Source: Planctomycetota bacterium
Lineage (GTDB): Bacteria; Planctomycetota; PLA2; JAEUHO01
Length of the DNA: 64,000 bases
Assembly (NCBI GenBank): GCA_965222115.1
Contig: CBDCTJ010000007.1
Location: 1,920,001-1,984,000, forward strand
Direction of reading: 5' to 3'
Within the stretch, counting starts at the first letter, position 1. Each line of letters begins with the position of its first letter. Position numbers and translations under genes: made by a program. Below, one piece after another: positions 26,491 through 36,121 of the stretch. The notes beneath the pieces are model-generated. The model was given only the letters and a program-made list of their open reading frames with translations, had not been told where the DNA came from and did not search any database.

Positions 26491-28788
26491 ATGGTCCGAA
26501 CAAATCGAGAAGGACGAGTAAGGCAATCTCGCCTTATTCAGCGTGCGGCACGCCTACGTCAGAAGGTGGGCTGTGTACTCGCACTTTGTGCTTCGATCGG
26601 CGTGAGCATGATGGCCGCTTCGTGTGGCGGCGGGGGTACGGGTAGTGCCGCCGCAGAGATGCGTTTGGTCGAATTCCTAATTGTGGACCGCGCGTTGAAT
26701 CCAGCGGCCTCAACAGGAAGTTTGAGCGTTCCGCGCAATGCTCAGTTCTTGATGGTCTTTTCCGAGATTGTTGACCCGGCCACGGTGGACCAGCAGACCA
26801 TTCAGGTGCGCACCGGCCCGGCCTTTCAGAGCGTGCCTACGGGATCCTTCTCGGTGTCCGGTCGTCGCGTGGTCTGGGACCCAACGGTCGATGTGCAGGG
26901 CCAGCCCAATCCACAGGGGTTGCCGTCAATCCAACAGTTCAGCATCAACATTCCGAGCTTTGAAGAGCAGCCGGGTGTCGTAAACAACTTGGACGCCGAC
27001 CCCAACTTGAGTGCGTTCTTCACCAACTTCACTACATCCGATGGCTACCTGCGCGAATTGGTTCCGCCGGAGTTTGTCGGGTTCTACTTCATTCCGGAGC
27101 CCGATCCACTTACCGGTCAGATTCCTGGCAATGGTGTCTTGGCACTAGAGTTCTCCGAGGCGATGGACCCCGCCACATTCATTCAGTCCCTCGGACCGGA
27201 ACCCACTGCAGCTTCTGGTGTCGATATCCGCTATTTGGGCGGCACGCCCATCACGCCGCCGCCGGCTGTCAACGCGCCGGTTGCGGGTAAGTCCATCCCC
27301 GGTACGTTCACCAACGACGCAGCCATGAAGACCTTCTTCTTCAAGCCTGCGTTCTCGTTCGGCGATCAGAACTTTGTGTTCAACTTCAGCGTGTTTCAGG
27401 CGCTCAAGGATCTCGCGGGCAACTCGCTGATCAACCCTCAGAGTCGTGGCGATTTCGTTTGCGACGGTCTCGGAAACGCGACGGGTTCGTTGCTCATTCA
27501 GGATTTTGAAAACACCGGTCCGTTCAAGCCAGACCACGACATCACGGCGGCGCCACCCGCCGACTGGGGTACGGGTGAAGCGGGCACGTTGCAGGGCGTA
27601 CTGACTCCGCCGCGTGAGCAGACGATCTACGGGTACTTTGAGGCCGATGGGAATGACGACGGGACTTCAAATCGCGGCCAATACTCGGCCACTCCCGATC
27701 CATTGGTAGGCGCAGATTTGAATCAGTTCGTTACGCCGGCCGTTCCCACGTCGGAAGGGCGTCGTGTGATGTTGTCCTTTAGCCATGAGGATATGGGGCC
27801 GCGTGGCAGCATTGTGGGCGCCGGCTGGGGGCCCGATTTCAATCGCACGTTTGCGGCGCTGTATCAGAACATTTATCTGCGCGCTGGCTACCAAGCCAAC
27901 GACAGCGTGACATTGTCTGCTTCGTTCGCTGCCAACTTCAAGGGCGACCCCGCGCTGCTTTATCAGGGTGACTACACCGTGGGTAGTAATGCGGACGTTG
28001 GCAACAAGGCTACGCCTACCTATAATGGAGAGCCAAACGTCGGTGGTGCGCCAGGTTGCGTTTTTGCGAACTCGACGACCCAGTTCCTGTTTGACTGGAC
28101 GGGCTTTTACGACTGGCCGGCATTTACAAACTTCTTTGAATGGGATCCGGCTCCATCCACATCGGGTGCCGACCCGGTGTTCATATTTGACGCCAGCGTG
28201 CCGGAAGGTTCTACGTTCCAGGCCATGCGTCGGTGGTCGGCGACCACGTTCGTGTGCTCGGGATTCCAGATTCCTTCTTATCCGCTGCGGCGGTTGATGG
28301 GTATCTACGAGCAAGACGTAGTCAAGCCGCCGGAGCAGTTTGGCGTCACGCGCAATCCTGAGAACTCACTTGCCGACACGTTGTTCACGATCAGGACAGT
28401 GCGGAGCCTTGCGCGTTCGAAGTTCTACACGCCCACATTGCCGCTTCCGGGTGATCCCACGTTCCCCAACGGGGTTTCGGGTGGGTCCGTGTCGCTTGGT
28501 GGGACCACGTTCGGTACGAATTCGGATTATCTGACGCCTCAGATTGTTCCGCCCGTACAGGCGGGCGGCGCCAAGGTCGTGATTGAGTACCAGGGTGCAC
28601 AAGCGGTGCTTGCAGATCGCACCACCATCGACGCTGCGTTCCCGTTCACGGACTGGACACAGAATATCGATGACTGCGATGGCTATGCGTGCATTCGCTG
28701 GCGCGCCACGTTGATTGCCAACATTGTGAGCGAAGTTGTTCCCCAGGTCACTTCGATCACCATTCCGGTGCAGTCGTCCGGCCCCTAG
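26491..28788 (+). CDS. Large putative lipoprotein with Ig-like (Big_5-type) domains and a conserved C-terminal beta domain
   Basis: SD GAGGAG; lipobox-like MAASC-GGGG; VFSEIVDPATV, FSEAMDPATF, LKDLAGNSL; function unknown. Confidence 0.65.
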   Translation: MVRTNREGRVRQSRLIQRAARLRQKVGCVLALCASIGVSMMAASCGGGGTGSAAAEMRLVEFLIVDRALNPAASTGSLSVPRNAQFLMVFSEIVDPATVDQQTIQVRTGPAFQSVPTGSFSVSGRRVVWDPTVDVQGQPNPQGLPSIQQFSINIPSFEEQPGVVNNLDADPNLSAFFTNFTTSDGYLRELVPPEFVGFYFIPEPDPLTGQIPGNGVLALEFSEAMDPATFIQSLGPEPTAASGVDIRYLGGTPITPPPAVNAPVAGKSIPGTFTNDAAMKTFFFKPAFSFGDQNFVFNFSVFQALKDLAGNSLINPQSRGDFVCDGLGNATGSLLIQDFENTGPFKPDHDITAAPPADWGTGEAGTLQGVLTPPREQTIYGYFEADGNDDGTSNRGQYSATPDPLVGADLNQFVTPAVPTSEGRRVMLSFSHEDMGPRGSIVGAGWGPDFNRTFAALYQNIYLRAGYQANDSVTLSASFAANFKGDPALLYQGDYTVGSNADVGNKATPTYNGEPNVGGAPGCVFANSTTQFLFDWTGFYDWPAFTNFFEWDPAPSTSGADPVFIFDASVPEGSTFQAMRRWSATTFVCSGFQIPSYPLRRLMGIYEQDVVKPPEQFGVTRNPENSLADTLFTIRTVRSLARSKFYTPTLPLPGDPTFPNGVSGGSVSLGGTTFGTNSDYLTPQIVPPVQAGGAKVVIEYQGAQAVLADRTTIDAAFPFTDWTQNIDDCDGYACIRWRATLIANIVSEVVPQVTSITIPVQSSGP

Positions 28789-28870
28789 TTCGAAGAGATC
28801 GCGCCGAGAGGATTGCGTCGAGATGAACGCGGGATTGTCGGTGGCACGCTCGCGAGTTATGAAGCACGAA

Positions 28871-28894
28871 CCCGGCGGTCATGGGACCGCCGGG
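28871..28894. other. Perfect 10-bp stem-loop between the two lipoprotein genes
   Basis: CCCGGCGGTC-ATGG-GACCGCCGGG; no U-tract. Confidence 0.55.
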
Positions 28895-29108
28895 GGCTCG
28901 TTCGACGAGCGACGTATAGATCAAGAGTCGAGAGTCCAAGAGACTTCGAGCGAGCGGCACATGTGTGAGACGTATGCCCAGAGGGTGCGTTTCAAGCGCA
29001 CGAGGCGTTTAGGTCAAGGCGTAAGAAACATAGAGAATCGTGAGTCGGTCCGTTCAGTGGCATCTGCGCGCGGCTGACTTGAAAAGAAATCGTAAGGAGA
29101 TTCGTTCG

Positions 29109-32100
29109 ATGAATCTTAGTCAAGCAAATACGAATCAGGGCACGGCCTCGCGAGGCGGCTGGATCCGTGCGCGGCTAGCCTGCATTGCGCTCATGGTGAG
29201 TGTCGTCAGTGTCGGCACCAGCATGACTTCATGTGGTGGCGGTGGAGGCGGTGGGGGTGACCCCGACCTCGTGCTGGTGGGGTTCAACCTGCCAAACATT
29301 TCCGGGGTTGCGCTCAACACGCCCATCATCCTCACCTACAGCGCACCGATTGATCCGCAAAGTGTCACGCTCGATACGCTGCGAATCACCGGGAACCCCA
29401 ACCCGCAATTTGACCGCACGATTGTTGACGGCGCGGTGATTGCGGTGCTGCCGCAGACCCCCAGCTTCTCCGACTACTCGGATGTGGGACTTGCGCCGGG
29501 GACGACCTATACGGTCAGCATGCCCACCTTCCCCGCGATCGACACGATTGAATCGACCTCGGGGAAGCCGTTGCTTGAAGCCGAGACCTACAACTTCACC
29601 ACGACGCCCACCATTACGTTTGTTGAGCCGCGCCGCGCGTTCTTGTATGGCGTTCCTCCGAGCGCAGGTGGAACCAGCGACACCGAGGGGTGTTTGCAGA
29701 ACTCGCAAAACGCGCTCTACGTGTCGCCTACCGTGGATCCGTCCGTCGTACAGACCGGGTCGGCGCCGGGTGCGAACTTGATTTGTTTGTGGAACCAGGG
29801 CGCGCCGCGCGTCATTGAGCCCTCCGCCACACCTCGCCACGACCAGCGCGCGGTTGGCCTGCCTTCCAACGCATTGCCTGGCTTCGTCGAGATTCCTGCG
29901 ATTCGTATCCCCATCAATGAGCCGCTCGATCCGCTTACGGTCGCGCAGTACATCCCCACGTCACAGTTGGGCGTGAATGTCCAGTTGTGGCACGTGGCCG
30001 AAAGTGATGGGACCTTCCCGCCCTTCAACGGCATCCGTCAGATTCCGACGAACCAGCCGAGCGCCATTCAGGACAACGGTAGCTTCGAGATTCTGCTCGT
30101 GCCATCAGGTCCTATTCCGCAGGGTACGTTTGTTATCAACATCTCTCCTGCGGTCACGGACCTACCTGGCAATGGTCTCACGACGGCCGACGCCCCGTCT
30201 CCTGCGATTGGCGGATACGATCAATACACGGGTCAGACCGCGTTCACCGACACGATTCCGGCTGGATACAAGATCTTCTTCCAGACGTTGCAAGTGCCTG
30301 GCGAGTTCTTGTCGTTGGCGGACCAGTTTGATGCCAACACCCATGAGTGGGGCGATCTCGCCAACGGCGACGCGGAAACGATCAACGACGAGACGGGTGT
30401 GTTCACCATGAGCACGACCCCCGCCGATCCCGATGACGACAACACCGGTGGTACAACGACGCCGAACAAGACCACGACGTTTACTGCCGCGGATCCCAGT
30501 GCCACGTTCATTGGACAGTCAACCACGGCCAACTGGGGTGGCGGCAATCTCGCCACCACCGGTTTCCGATTCATGAATCTGGACAGCCTGCGCGTCAACG
30601 AAGACGCGGACTCGGGCGCAAGTGCTCTTAAGGCGGTGTGGAAGCCCTACTCCGGTTCCGGTGTGGATGGCGTGTTTACGACAACCAGTTCGCAGACCAT
30701 CGACACCACGCCGGGCAGTGCTACCGCGAGTAGCAATGCAGACGCGATCTACGAATTCGAGGAGTTCACCGTCGCTGCTGGGCACACGCTCACCGTATCG
30801 GGTAGCCGCCCGCTCGTGATTCTTTGCCGCGGCGACGTCACGATCAATGGCGAGATTCACGCCAACGGAGCGCAAGGCGGCCCCGGTCTTAACACGGACG
30901 GTTCAGCTACCTATACCAATCCGCCGACGATTCCGTTTGGTGGCGAAGGCGGTGCTGCAAACGCCGGCGGTGGCCGAGGCGGCAACGGCGCCGACCCCGT
31001 GTTGGCCATTGCATCAGGTAACGGAACTGGACCCGAGAGCATCTTCGGCACGTTCCTTGCCGAGAACACCGTGAGTGGTGGTGGTTCGGGTATATCGGGT
31101 GATGACTCCGCAGCAGGCGGCAACGGCAACAACGAAGTGGCCGGTGGTGGCGCCGGTGGCGGCTTCGCGACCGCTGGTGGCGGAGGCACATTGGCCGATG
31201 GCGGCCTTGGTAGCACAGCCGGTGCAGCCTTTGGGAATCCCGAGTTCCATCGCCTCTTGACTCACTTCCAACCCGATCGTGGCTACAGCCCCATGGCTGA
31301 TGTTACCGGAGGTACTGGTGGCGGCGGTGGCGGCTTGGACGATGACAATGGCGCCGCTGAGCTTGGCAATGCCACGCCAGAGAACGGTGACGATGGCGGT
31401 GGCGGTGGTGGCGCCGGTGGCGGTGGCATCATGATCATTGCGCACGGCAAGATTACCGTTGCCGGTTCGATTCAGTGCAACGGTGGCGCCGGTGGTAATA
31501 CCTACGCCGAAGCCGATCAGACGGTAGACGGCACGCCCGCGGTTACGGGCGTCAATCTTGCGGCCGCGGCCTCCGGTGACGGTGGTCCTGGTGGCGGTGG
31601 CTCGGGTGGCGGCATCTTGCTTGCCGGTCGTGATGGCGTCGAGGTTACGGCTGCCGGATCAATATCTGCCGTGGGTGGCGCCGGTGGCGCCTCGGGCGAC
31701 ATCGATTTGGTCGGTGGTACGGGCAGCGATGGCCGCATTATCCTCGCCAAGTTTGCTGGCGCAGGTGGCACGGTAGTCAATAGCGGCACCGTCAATCCCG
31801 CACCCACGACAACCGTGGACTATGCGCCCACAGTAGATCTTGCCAGTGTTGCGCAGAGCGACTGGTACGACTTGCTAGGACCTCCCGTAGTGTTCGCACC
31901 CAAGGTTCCGGATACGCCAACGGGTATTCCGCAGTTGCCGGTTTTCAATAGCAACTTCTCGGACCTCACGGCAGCTGGCCTTGTGCAGGGAACCGACTGG
32001 GACGCCGTTTGGGAGTTCCAGGGCGCAGATACGCTCACGCCCGAGCCCAATGCAACTGCAACGGGTACGCCCACGCCCACGTCGGCAACGGGTCTCACGA

Positions 32101-32258
32101 GTTGGGAGCCCGTGTCCAACATTACGGCAATCAACAACAAGCGTTGGGTGCGCTATCGCTGGCGTTTCTTCGTCGCCGATACGTACAACGGATGGGGCGT
32201 CGGCACCGCCGATCCGCTGCCGCAAGTCACAGACGTAGTAATCCCGTTCCGGAAGTAG
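29109..32258 (+). CDS. Large putative lipoprotein, Ig-like domains plus glycine-rich domain; paralog of the upstream gene
   Basis: SD TAAGGAG; lipobox-like MTSC-GGGGGGGG; TYSAPIDPQSV, VTDLPGNGL; many GGGGGxG runs at ~30860-31760; shared C-terminal EFQGA...W...VRYRWRF...PQV motif. Confidence 0.65.
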   Translation: MNLSQANTNQGTASRGGWIRARLACIALMVSVVSVGTSMTSCGGGGGGGGDPDLVLVGFNLPNISGVALNTPIILTYSAPIDPQSVTLDTLRITGNPNPQFDRTIVDGAVIAVLPQTPSFSDYSDVGLAPGTTYTVSMPTFPAIDTIESTSGKPLLEAETYNFTTTPTITFVEPRRAFLYGVPPSAGGTSDTEGCLQNSQNALYVSPTVDPSVVQTGSAPGANLICLWNQGAPRVIEPSATPRHDQRAVGLPSNALPGFVEIPAIRIPINEPLDPLTVAQYIPTSQLGVNVQLWHVAESDGTFPPFNGIRQIPTNQPSAIQDNGSFEILLVPSGPIPQGTFVINISPAVTDLPGNGLTTADAPSPAIGGYDQYTGQTAFTDTIPAGYKIFFQTLQVPGEFLSLADQFDANTHEWGDLANGDAETINDETGVFTMSTTPADPDDDNTGGTTTPNKTTTFTAADPSATFIGQSTTANWGGGNLATTGFRFMNLDSLRVNEDADSGASALKAVWKPYSGSGVDGVFTTTSSQTIDTTPGSATASSNADAIYEFEEFTVAAGHTLTVSGSRPLVILCRGDVTINGEIHANGAQGGPGLNTDGSATYTNPPTIPFGGEGGAANAGGGRGGNGADPVLAIASGNGTGPESIFGTFLAENTVSGGGSGISGDDSAAGGNGNNEVAGGGAGGGFATAGGGGTLADGGLGSTAGAAFGNPEFHRLLTHFQPDRGYSPMADVTGGTGGGGGGLDDDNGAAELGNATPENGDDGGGGGGAGGGGIMIIAHGKITVAGSIQCNGGAGGNTYAEADQTVDGTPAVTGVNLAAAASGDGGPGGGGSGGGILLAGRDGVEVTAAGSISAVGGAGGASGDIDLVGGTGSDGRIILAKFAGAGGTVVNSGTVNPAPTTTVDYAPTVDLASVAQSDWYDLLGPPVVFAPKVPDTPTGIPQLPVFNSNFSDLTAAGLVQGTDWDAVWEFQGADTLTPEPNATATGTPTPTSATGLTSWEPVSNITAINNKRWVRYRWRFFVADTYNGWGVGTADPLPQVTDVVIPFRK

Positions 32259-32516
32259 GTTCCGCAAGCAGACACCTCAACCAGCAGACCTCAATTGGCG
32301 GGCCGCATTCACGGTTCGGGCCGCCGATTCGATTGGTGGTCACTCGCTGCGAGGCGCGTCGTATCGGCGCGCCTCGTTTGCGTATGTCGAAGATGCGTTG
32401 CGTCGCATTGGAGACGCGGCGTGGCCAGGTCCCGGACCTAGCTCGTCGTACCCCCTTTTCAGCGAGCGCATGAGTCGGTATCGTGGGGTCCCCAAGGTCA
32501 AAGGACCGAATGCCCT

Positions 32517-32954
32517 ATGCCCGAGAGCCTTCCCGCCGCAGTGAGCCTCCGTGTACCCACGGACCTCGTCTTTGTTCGCCCCGTGCGAAAGATGATCGAA
32601 GGCTTGCTTGGGGGGCAAGGGTGGGGCGAAGACGATGTTGACGATGTGGCGATGATCGTTACCGAGGTCGTGCAGAACGCGATTGAGCATGGGTCGCGCG
32701 CCGATGGCTCGGAGTGGATCGATGTCTCCATCGGGGTGCACGAGTCGTCGTTTTCGCTGGACGTGGCCGATCCCGGATCCGGCAAAGATCCTTCGATCGC
32801 CGTCACCCATGATGTGAGCGAACCGCCGTCGTTGGAAGCCGAACGCGGTCGCGGTCTTTTCCTCATCCATCGGCTATCCCATCGATTTGAGCGCGTCCCC
32901 GCCGAGAGTGGTGGCCTACGGGTCCGAGTACTAAAGGAGGCGGGGACACCATGA
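32517..32954 (+). CDS. RsbW-like anti-sigma factor / Ser kinase (HATPase)
   Basis: EVVQNAIEHG (N box), VADPGSG (G1), ERGRGLFLI (G2). Confidence 0.9.
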   Translation: MPESLPAAVSLRVPTDLVFVRPVRKMIEGLLGGQGWGEDDVDDVAMIVTEVVQNAIEHGSRADGSEWIDVSIGVHESSFSLDVADPGSGKDPSIAVTHDVSEPPSLEAERGRGLFLIHRLSHRFERVPAESGGLRVRVLKEAGTP

Positions 32955-34237
32955 GCGATTCAATGTGGGATGTGCTCACGGGCAACCAAGAGCACGATCG
33001 CAGAAATGTGCGCGCGTTGCTCGAGTCGGTTCGTGAACTTTACGGCCGGCAAGCGCCCGCCGAACTTCAACGCCGTGTCGTGGATCGCGCCATTTCGGTT
33101 ACGGGCGCTGAGCGCGGAATGTTGTTTCTCGTAGGTGAGGACGAACAACTCCGCGCGGCGGTTGCGCGCAAGGGCGGTGCGGATGTTCCCCTGGATATGC
33201 CGCACAGCGGAACGGTCGTCAACAAGGTTTGGAGTTCCGGTAAGTCCTTTCACACGGTCGATACGGCCGAGGCAAGTCAGAGCTCCCTTAGCGCGTCCAT
33301 CGTAGCGCTCAAGCTTCTATCCGTAATGGCCGTGCCGCTTCCGGTAAAGGGCAAAGTCGCCGGTGTGCTCTACGTTGATAGTACCGCCCGGTCTCGTGAG
33401 TTCACCGACGCCGATATGACGGTGTTCGAAGTGTTGGGCGGCATGGTCGCTGTAGCTGTCGAGAATGCGCGGCTTTTGGGGGAAGAGGAAAAGAAGCAGC
33501 GTTACGAAGAGGAGTTGCGGATTGCGCAGCTCATTCAAACGCAGTTGTTTCCTCGAAAACTGCCACAAGGACCCGATTTCCAAATCGCAGCTGTGGGGCG
33601 GCCCTGCGAAGAGACCAGCGGCGACTACTACGATGTACTGCAACTGAAGAACGGAAACGTCGCTTTGGTGGTCGGCGACGTAAGCGGCCACGGTGTGGGT
33701 CCTGCGCTTCTCACCTCGTCTACACGGGCGTTGCTCCACTCCTATGTACATATGGGCATGGATCTCGTTCAAGTCGTCGAAAACCTCAACCAGTTCTTCG
33801 TGCGCGATGCACCTGACGACAAGTTCATGACGTTTTTCGTCGGTATGTTTGATCCGCGCTCACGCCAACTTCGATTCGTGAGTGCCGGCCATAACCCGCC
33901 GCTGATTTGGGTTGCCGCACGAGACGAGGTCGTCAGTTTGAAGCCTTCGGGGCCCGCGCTTGGCTTCCTTGATGAAGCCGTGTACGCATTGCAAATGACG
34001 GATCCGCTTGAGCCGGGCGACGTTGTTTTGGCCTACACCGACGGCCTCACGGAAGCGCGAAATCAGGCGGGCGACTACTGGGGCGATGACGCCATGATGC
34101 GCGTGTTTGTGGAGCAGGCCAAAGGCGGCGGCACGGCCGACGATATTCTCACGGGCGTCTTGCGCACGGTGGACCAGTACGTGGGCGACCAGCCCTGGGA
34201 AGATGACGTCACGGGCTGGGTCCTGCGCGCGTCGTAG
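32951..34237 (+). CDS. GAF + SpoIIE/PP2C phosphatase (RsbU-like)
   Basis: GAF (AERGMLFL, GVLYVDS); PP2C SGDYYD, GDVSGHG, SAGHNPP, YTDGLTEA, EDDVT; ATGA overlap with the upstream gene. Confidence 0.93.
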   Translation: MSDSMWDVLTGNQEHDRRNVRALLESVRELYGRQAPAELQRRVVDRAISVTGAERGMLFLVGEDEQLRAAVARKGGADVPLDMPHSGTVVNKVWSSGKSFHTVDTAEASQSSLSASIVALKLLSVMAVPLPVKGKVAGVLYVDSTARSREFTDADMTVFEVLGGMVAVAVENARLLGEEEKKQRYEEELRIAQLIQTQLFPRKLPQGPDFQIAAVGRPCEETSGDYYDVLQLKNGNVALVVGDVSGHGVGPALLTSSTRALLHSYVHMGMDLVQVVENLNQFFVRDAPDDKFMTFFVGMFDPRSRQLRFVSAGHNPPLIWVAARDEVVSLKPSGPALGFLDEAVYALQMTDPLEPGDVVLAYTDGLTEARNQAGDYWGDDAMMRVFVEQAKGGGTADDILTGVLRTVDQYVGDQPWEDDVTGWVLRAS

Positions 34238-34315
34238 CCCTTCCAGACCAACCTCGCAGCGCCGTCCAGAGATACGGCCATGGGTCCGGTCGTACCGGTT
34301 GGTATTCTGCGCGCC

Positions 34316-36031
34316 ATGATGCCCCCGAATCACAACAACCGCGACCACACCAACCGCGCTGCGACGCTAGCCCGCGCCCGAACGTCTCCATGGCCCTCGC
34401 TAACCATGCTGTTGTCACTGGCCATTGCGAGTTTCGTCTTTGGCTGTGGCGACGACAAGGGCGAGGAATCGACTGTGTCGACGTCGTCTTCATTTGTTGT
34501 GCCCGATCTGCCCGCCATCGTCCGTGGCAAGGGAGGCATGGAAGCCATCAAGAAGGCGTGGCCCCAGGCGTCGTGGTGGAAGGAAAAGCACGCGGTCACC
34601 CTTATGTTGGTGGGCGGGCAGCGCGGAAAACTCAAACCCTGTGGATGCAGCGCACCACAGCTCGGTGGCGTCACGCGTTTGGCCACCATTGTGGAGCGCA
34701 TGCGGCAACGCGCGTCGGCATCGGGCGGGGCCATTGCTGGTTTGGCGCTCGGCGGGTCGTTGGCCGATCATGATGAACCGCAACGTCGTACCAAAGCGTC
34801 CTATGTGCGCGCAATCTACTCGCTACTCAACTTTGCAGGTGTGCTGCTCGACGACGCGGACGTACGCGAACCGGCCATGACGCAGCCCTTTGACGACCGC
34901 GGCGAACTTGGTCGCCCGCGTCCTCCCGTCAATGTGCGCCTCTTGGCGAACAACTTTGCGTTCGAACAATCCCCCTACTTGGATCTACATCTAGGCCCTC
35001 TCGCCATGCGCGCGGTTCATGTGCTGGAGCCTGCCGATGCGGAAGCATTGACGCGAGGCGGCGCGGCGGAGGGGCACGTTTCGGTCACCATGGCGTTTCA
35101 ACACTCGCAACCGACACCTGAAACGCTCTGGCTTGTCGCGCTGGATCGTCGCTTCGACGGCACGTTGGATGAGTTGACGGCCGCGGTCGGACGACTTGGT
35201 CCCGCCATCGTTGTCGACGTCTCGGGTGGCGCGGGCGTAGAGCGTGTGGATGGACACGCCTTGAAACCCGGCCAAGAACCGCTCGTCGTATCGGTGGACG
35301 AACTCGGAAAGACCGTCGGCGTATTGGACTTGGACAAGAACGCAAAGGGAGTATGGGAAGCCAGCTACCGGCGCGTTCCGCTTCATCCAAGCATTGACAA
35401 TTGGTCCAGTGCACTTGGGAGCGAAGCCAAATCGCTGCTCGCGCTCTACAACCAAGACGTTAAGAACCAGGGCTATTTGCGCGACTTTCCCACGTCGCCG
35501 GACACCAGCGCGACGTTCGTGGGATCCGCGCGCTGCGCAAGTTGTCACGCAAGCATTCATGCGGCGTGGGCAAAAACCAAACACGCCCACGCACTCGACA
35601 CGCTGACGTCCATTCAGTATGACTACGATCCCGAGTGCATCCGTTGTCATGTCGTGGGGTGGGAGCGTGCCGATCGCGGGGGATGGATACGGCGTGCCAG
35701 TGGATTTCAAGATCCCGAACGCTCGGCGTTCTTGGGCGGTGTGGGGTGCGAAAACTGTCATGGTCCCGGATCGTTACACATCGACGACCCATGGAACCCG
35801 GCTCATTTCGGCGAAGCAGGTCCCAACACCCGCGCACCCTCGCAGTCCGACTGCATGCGTTGCCACGATATTGAAAACAGTCACGGATTCGCGGATGCCT
35901 ACGATCAATTTCGTGCCCACATCGATCATCGGGTCGTCGATCCCGCTACGCGGACCGTGGTGCCCGCCGGCGTTGAAGCCGAACTACGAGCAGCGGGAAA
36001 GCACAAGGGCGCCTACGGCTCAGGCCGATGA
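34316..36031 (+). CDS. Lipoprotein with a PCGC/5'-nucleotidase-like N-terminus and a tetraheme cytochrome c554-like C-terminus
   Basis: FVFGC lipobox; GKLKPCGC...LGGVTR; four CxxCH (CASCH, CIRCH, CENCH, CMRCH). Confidence 0.85.
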   Translation: MMPPNHNNRDHTNRAATLARARTSPWPSLTMLLSLAIASFVFGCGDDKGEESTVSTSSSFVVPDLPAIVRGKGGMEAIKKAWPQASWWKEKHAVTLMLVGGQRGKLKPCGCSAPQLGGVTRLATIVERMRQRASASGGAIAGLALGGSLADHDEPQRRTKASYVRAIYSLLNFAGVLLDDADVREPAMTQPFDDRGELGRPRPPVNVRLLANNFAFEQSPYLDLHLGPLAMRAVHVLEPADAEALTRGGAAEGHVSVTMAFQHSQPTPETLWLVALDRRFDGTLDELTAAVGRLGPAIVVDVSGGAGVERVDGHALKPGQEPLVVSVDELGKTVGVLDLDKNAKGVWEASYRRVPLHPSIDNWSSALGSEAKSLLALYNQDVKNQGYLRDFPTSPDTSATFVGSARCASCHASIHAAWAKTKHAHALDTLTSIQYDYDPECIRCHVVGWERADRGGWIRRASGFQDPERSAFLGGVGCENCHGPGSLHIDDPWNPAHFGEAGPNTRAPSQSDCMRCHDIENSHGFADAYDQFRAHIDHRVVDPATRTVVPAGVEAELRAAGKHKGAYGSGR

Positions 36032-36121
36032 TGTGGCCCCTGCCTCGGTGTGAGCGAGCGAACCGGTCGCGCGAGACGCCGTTCTTCCTGTGAGAACCAA
36101 CGCCCCAAGTACCATGAAGCC

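Noticed and set aside
28842-28858. Sigma-54 promoter TGGCACG upstream of the second lipoprotein gene
   Set aside because: No TTGC at the required -12 spacing.
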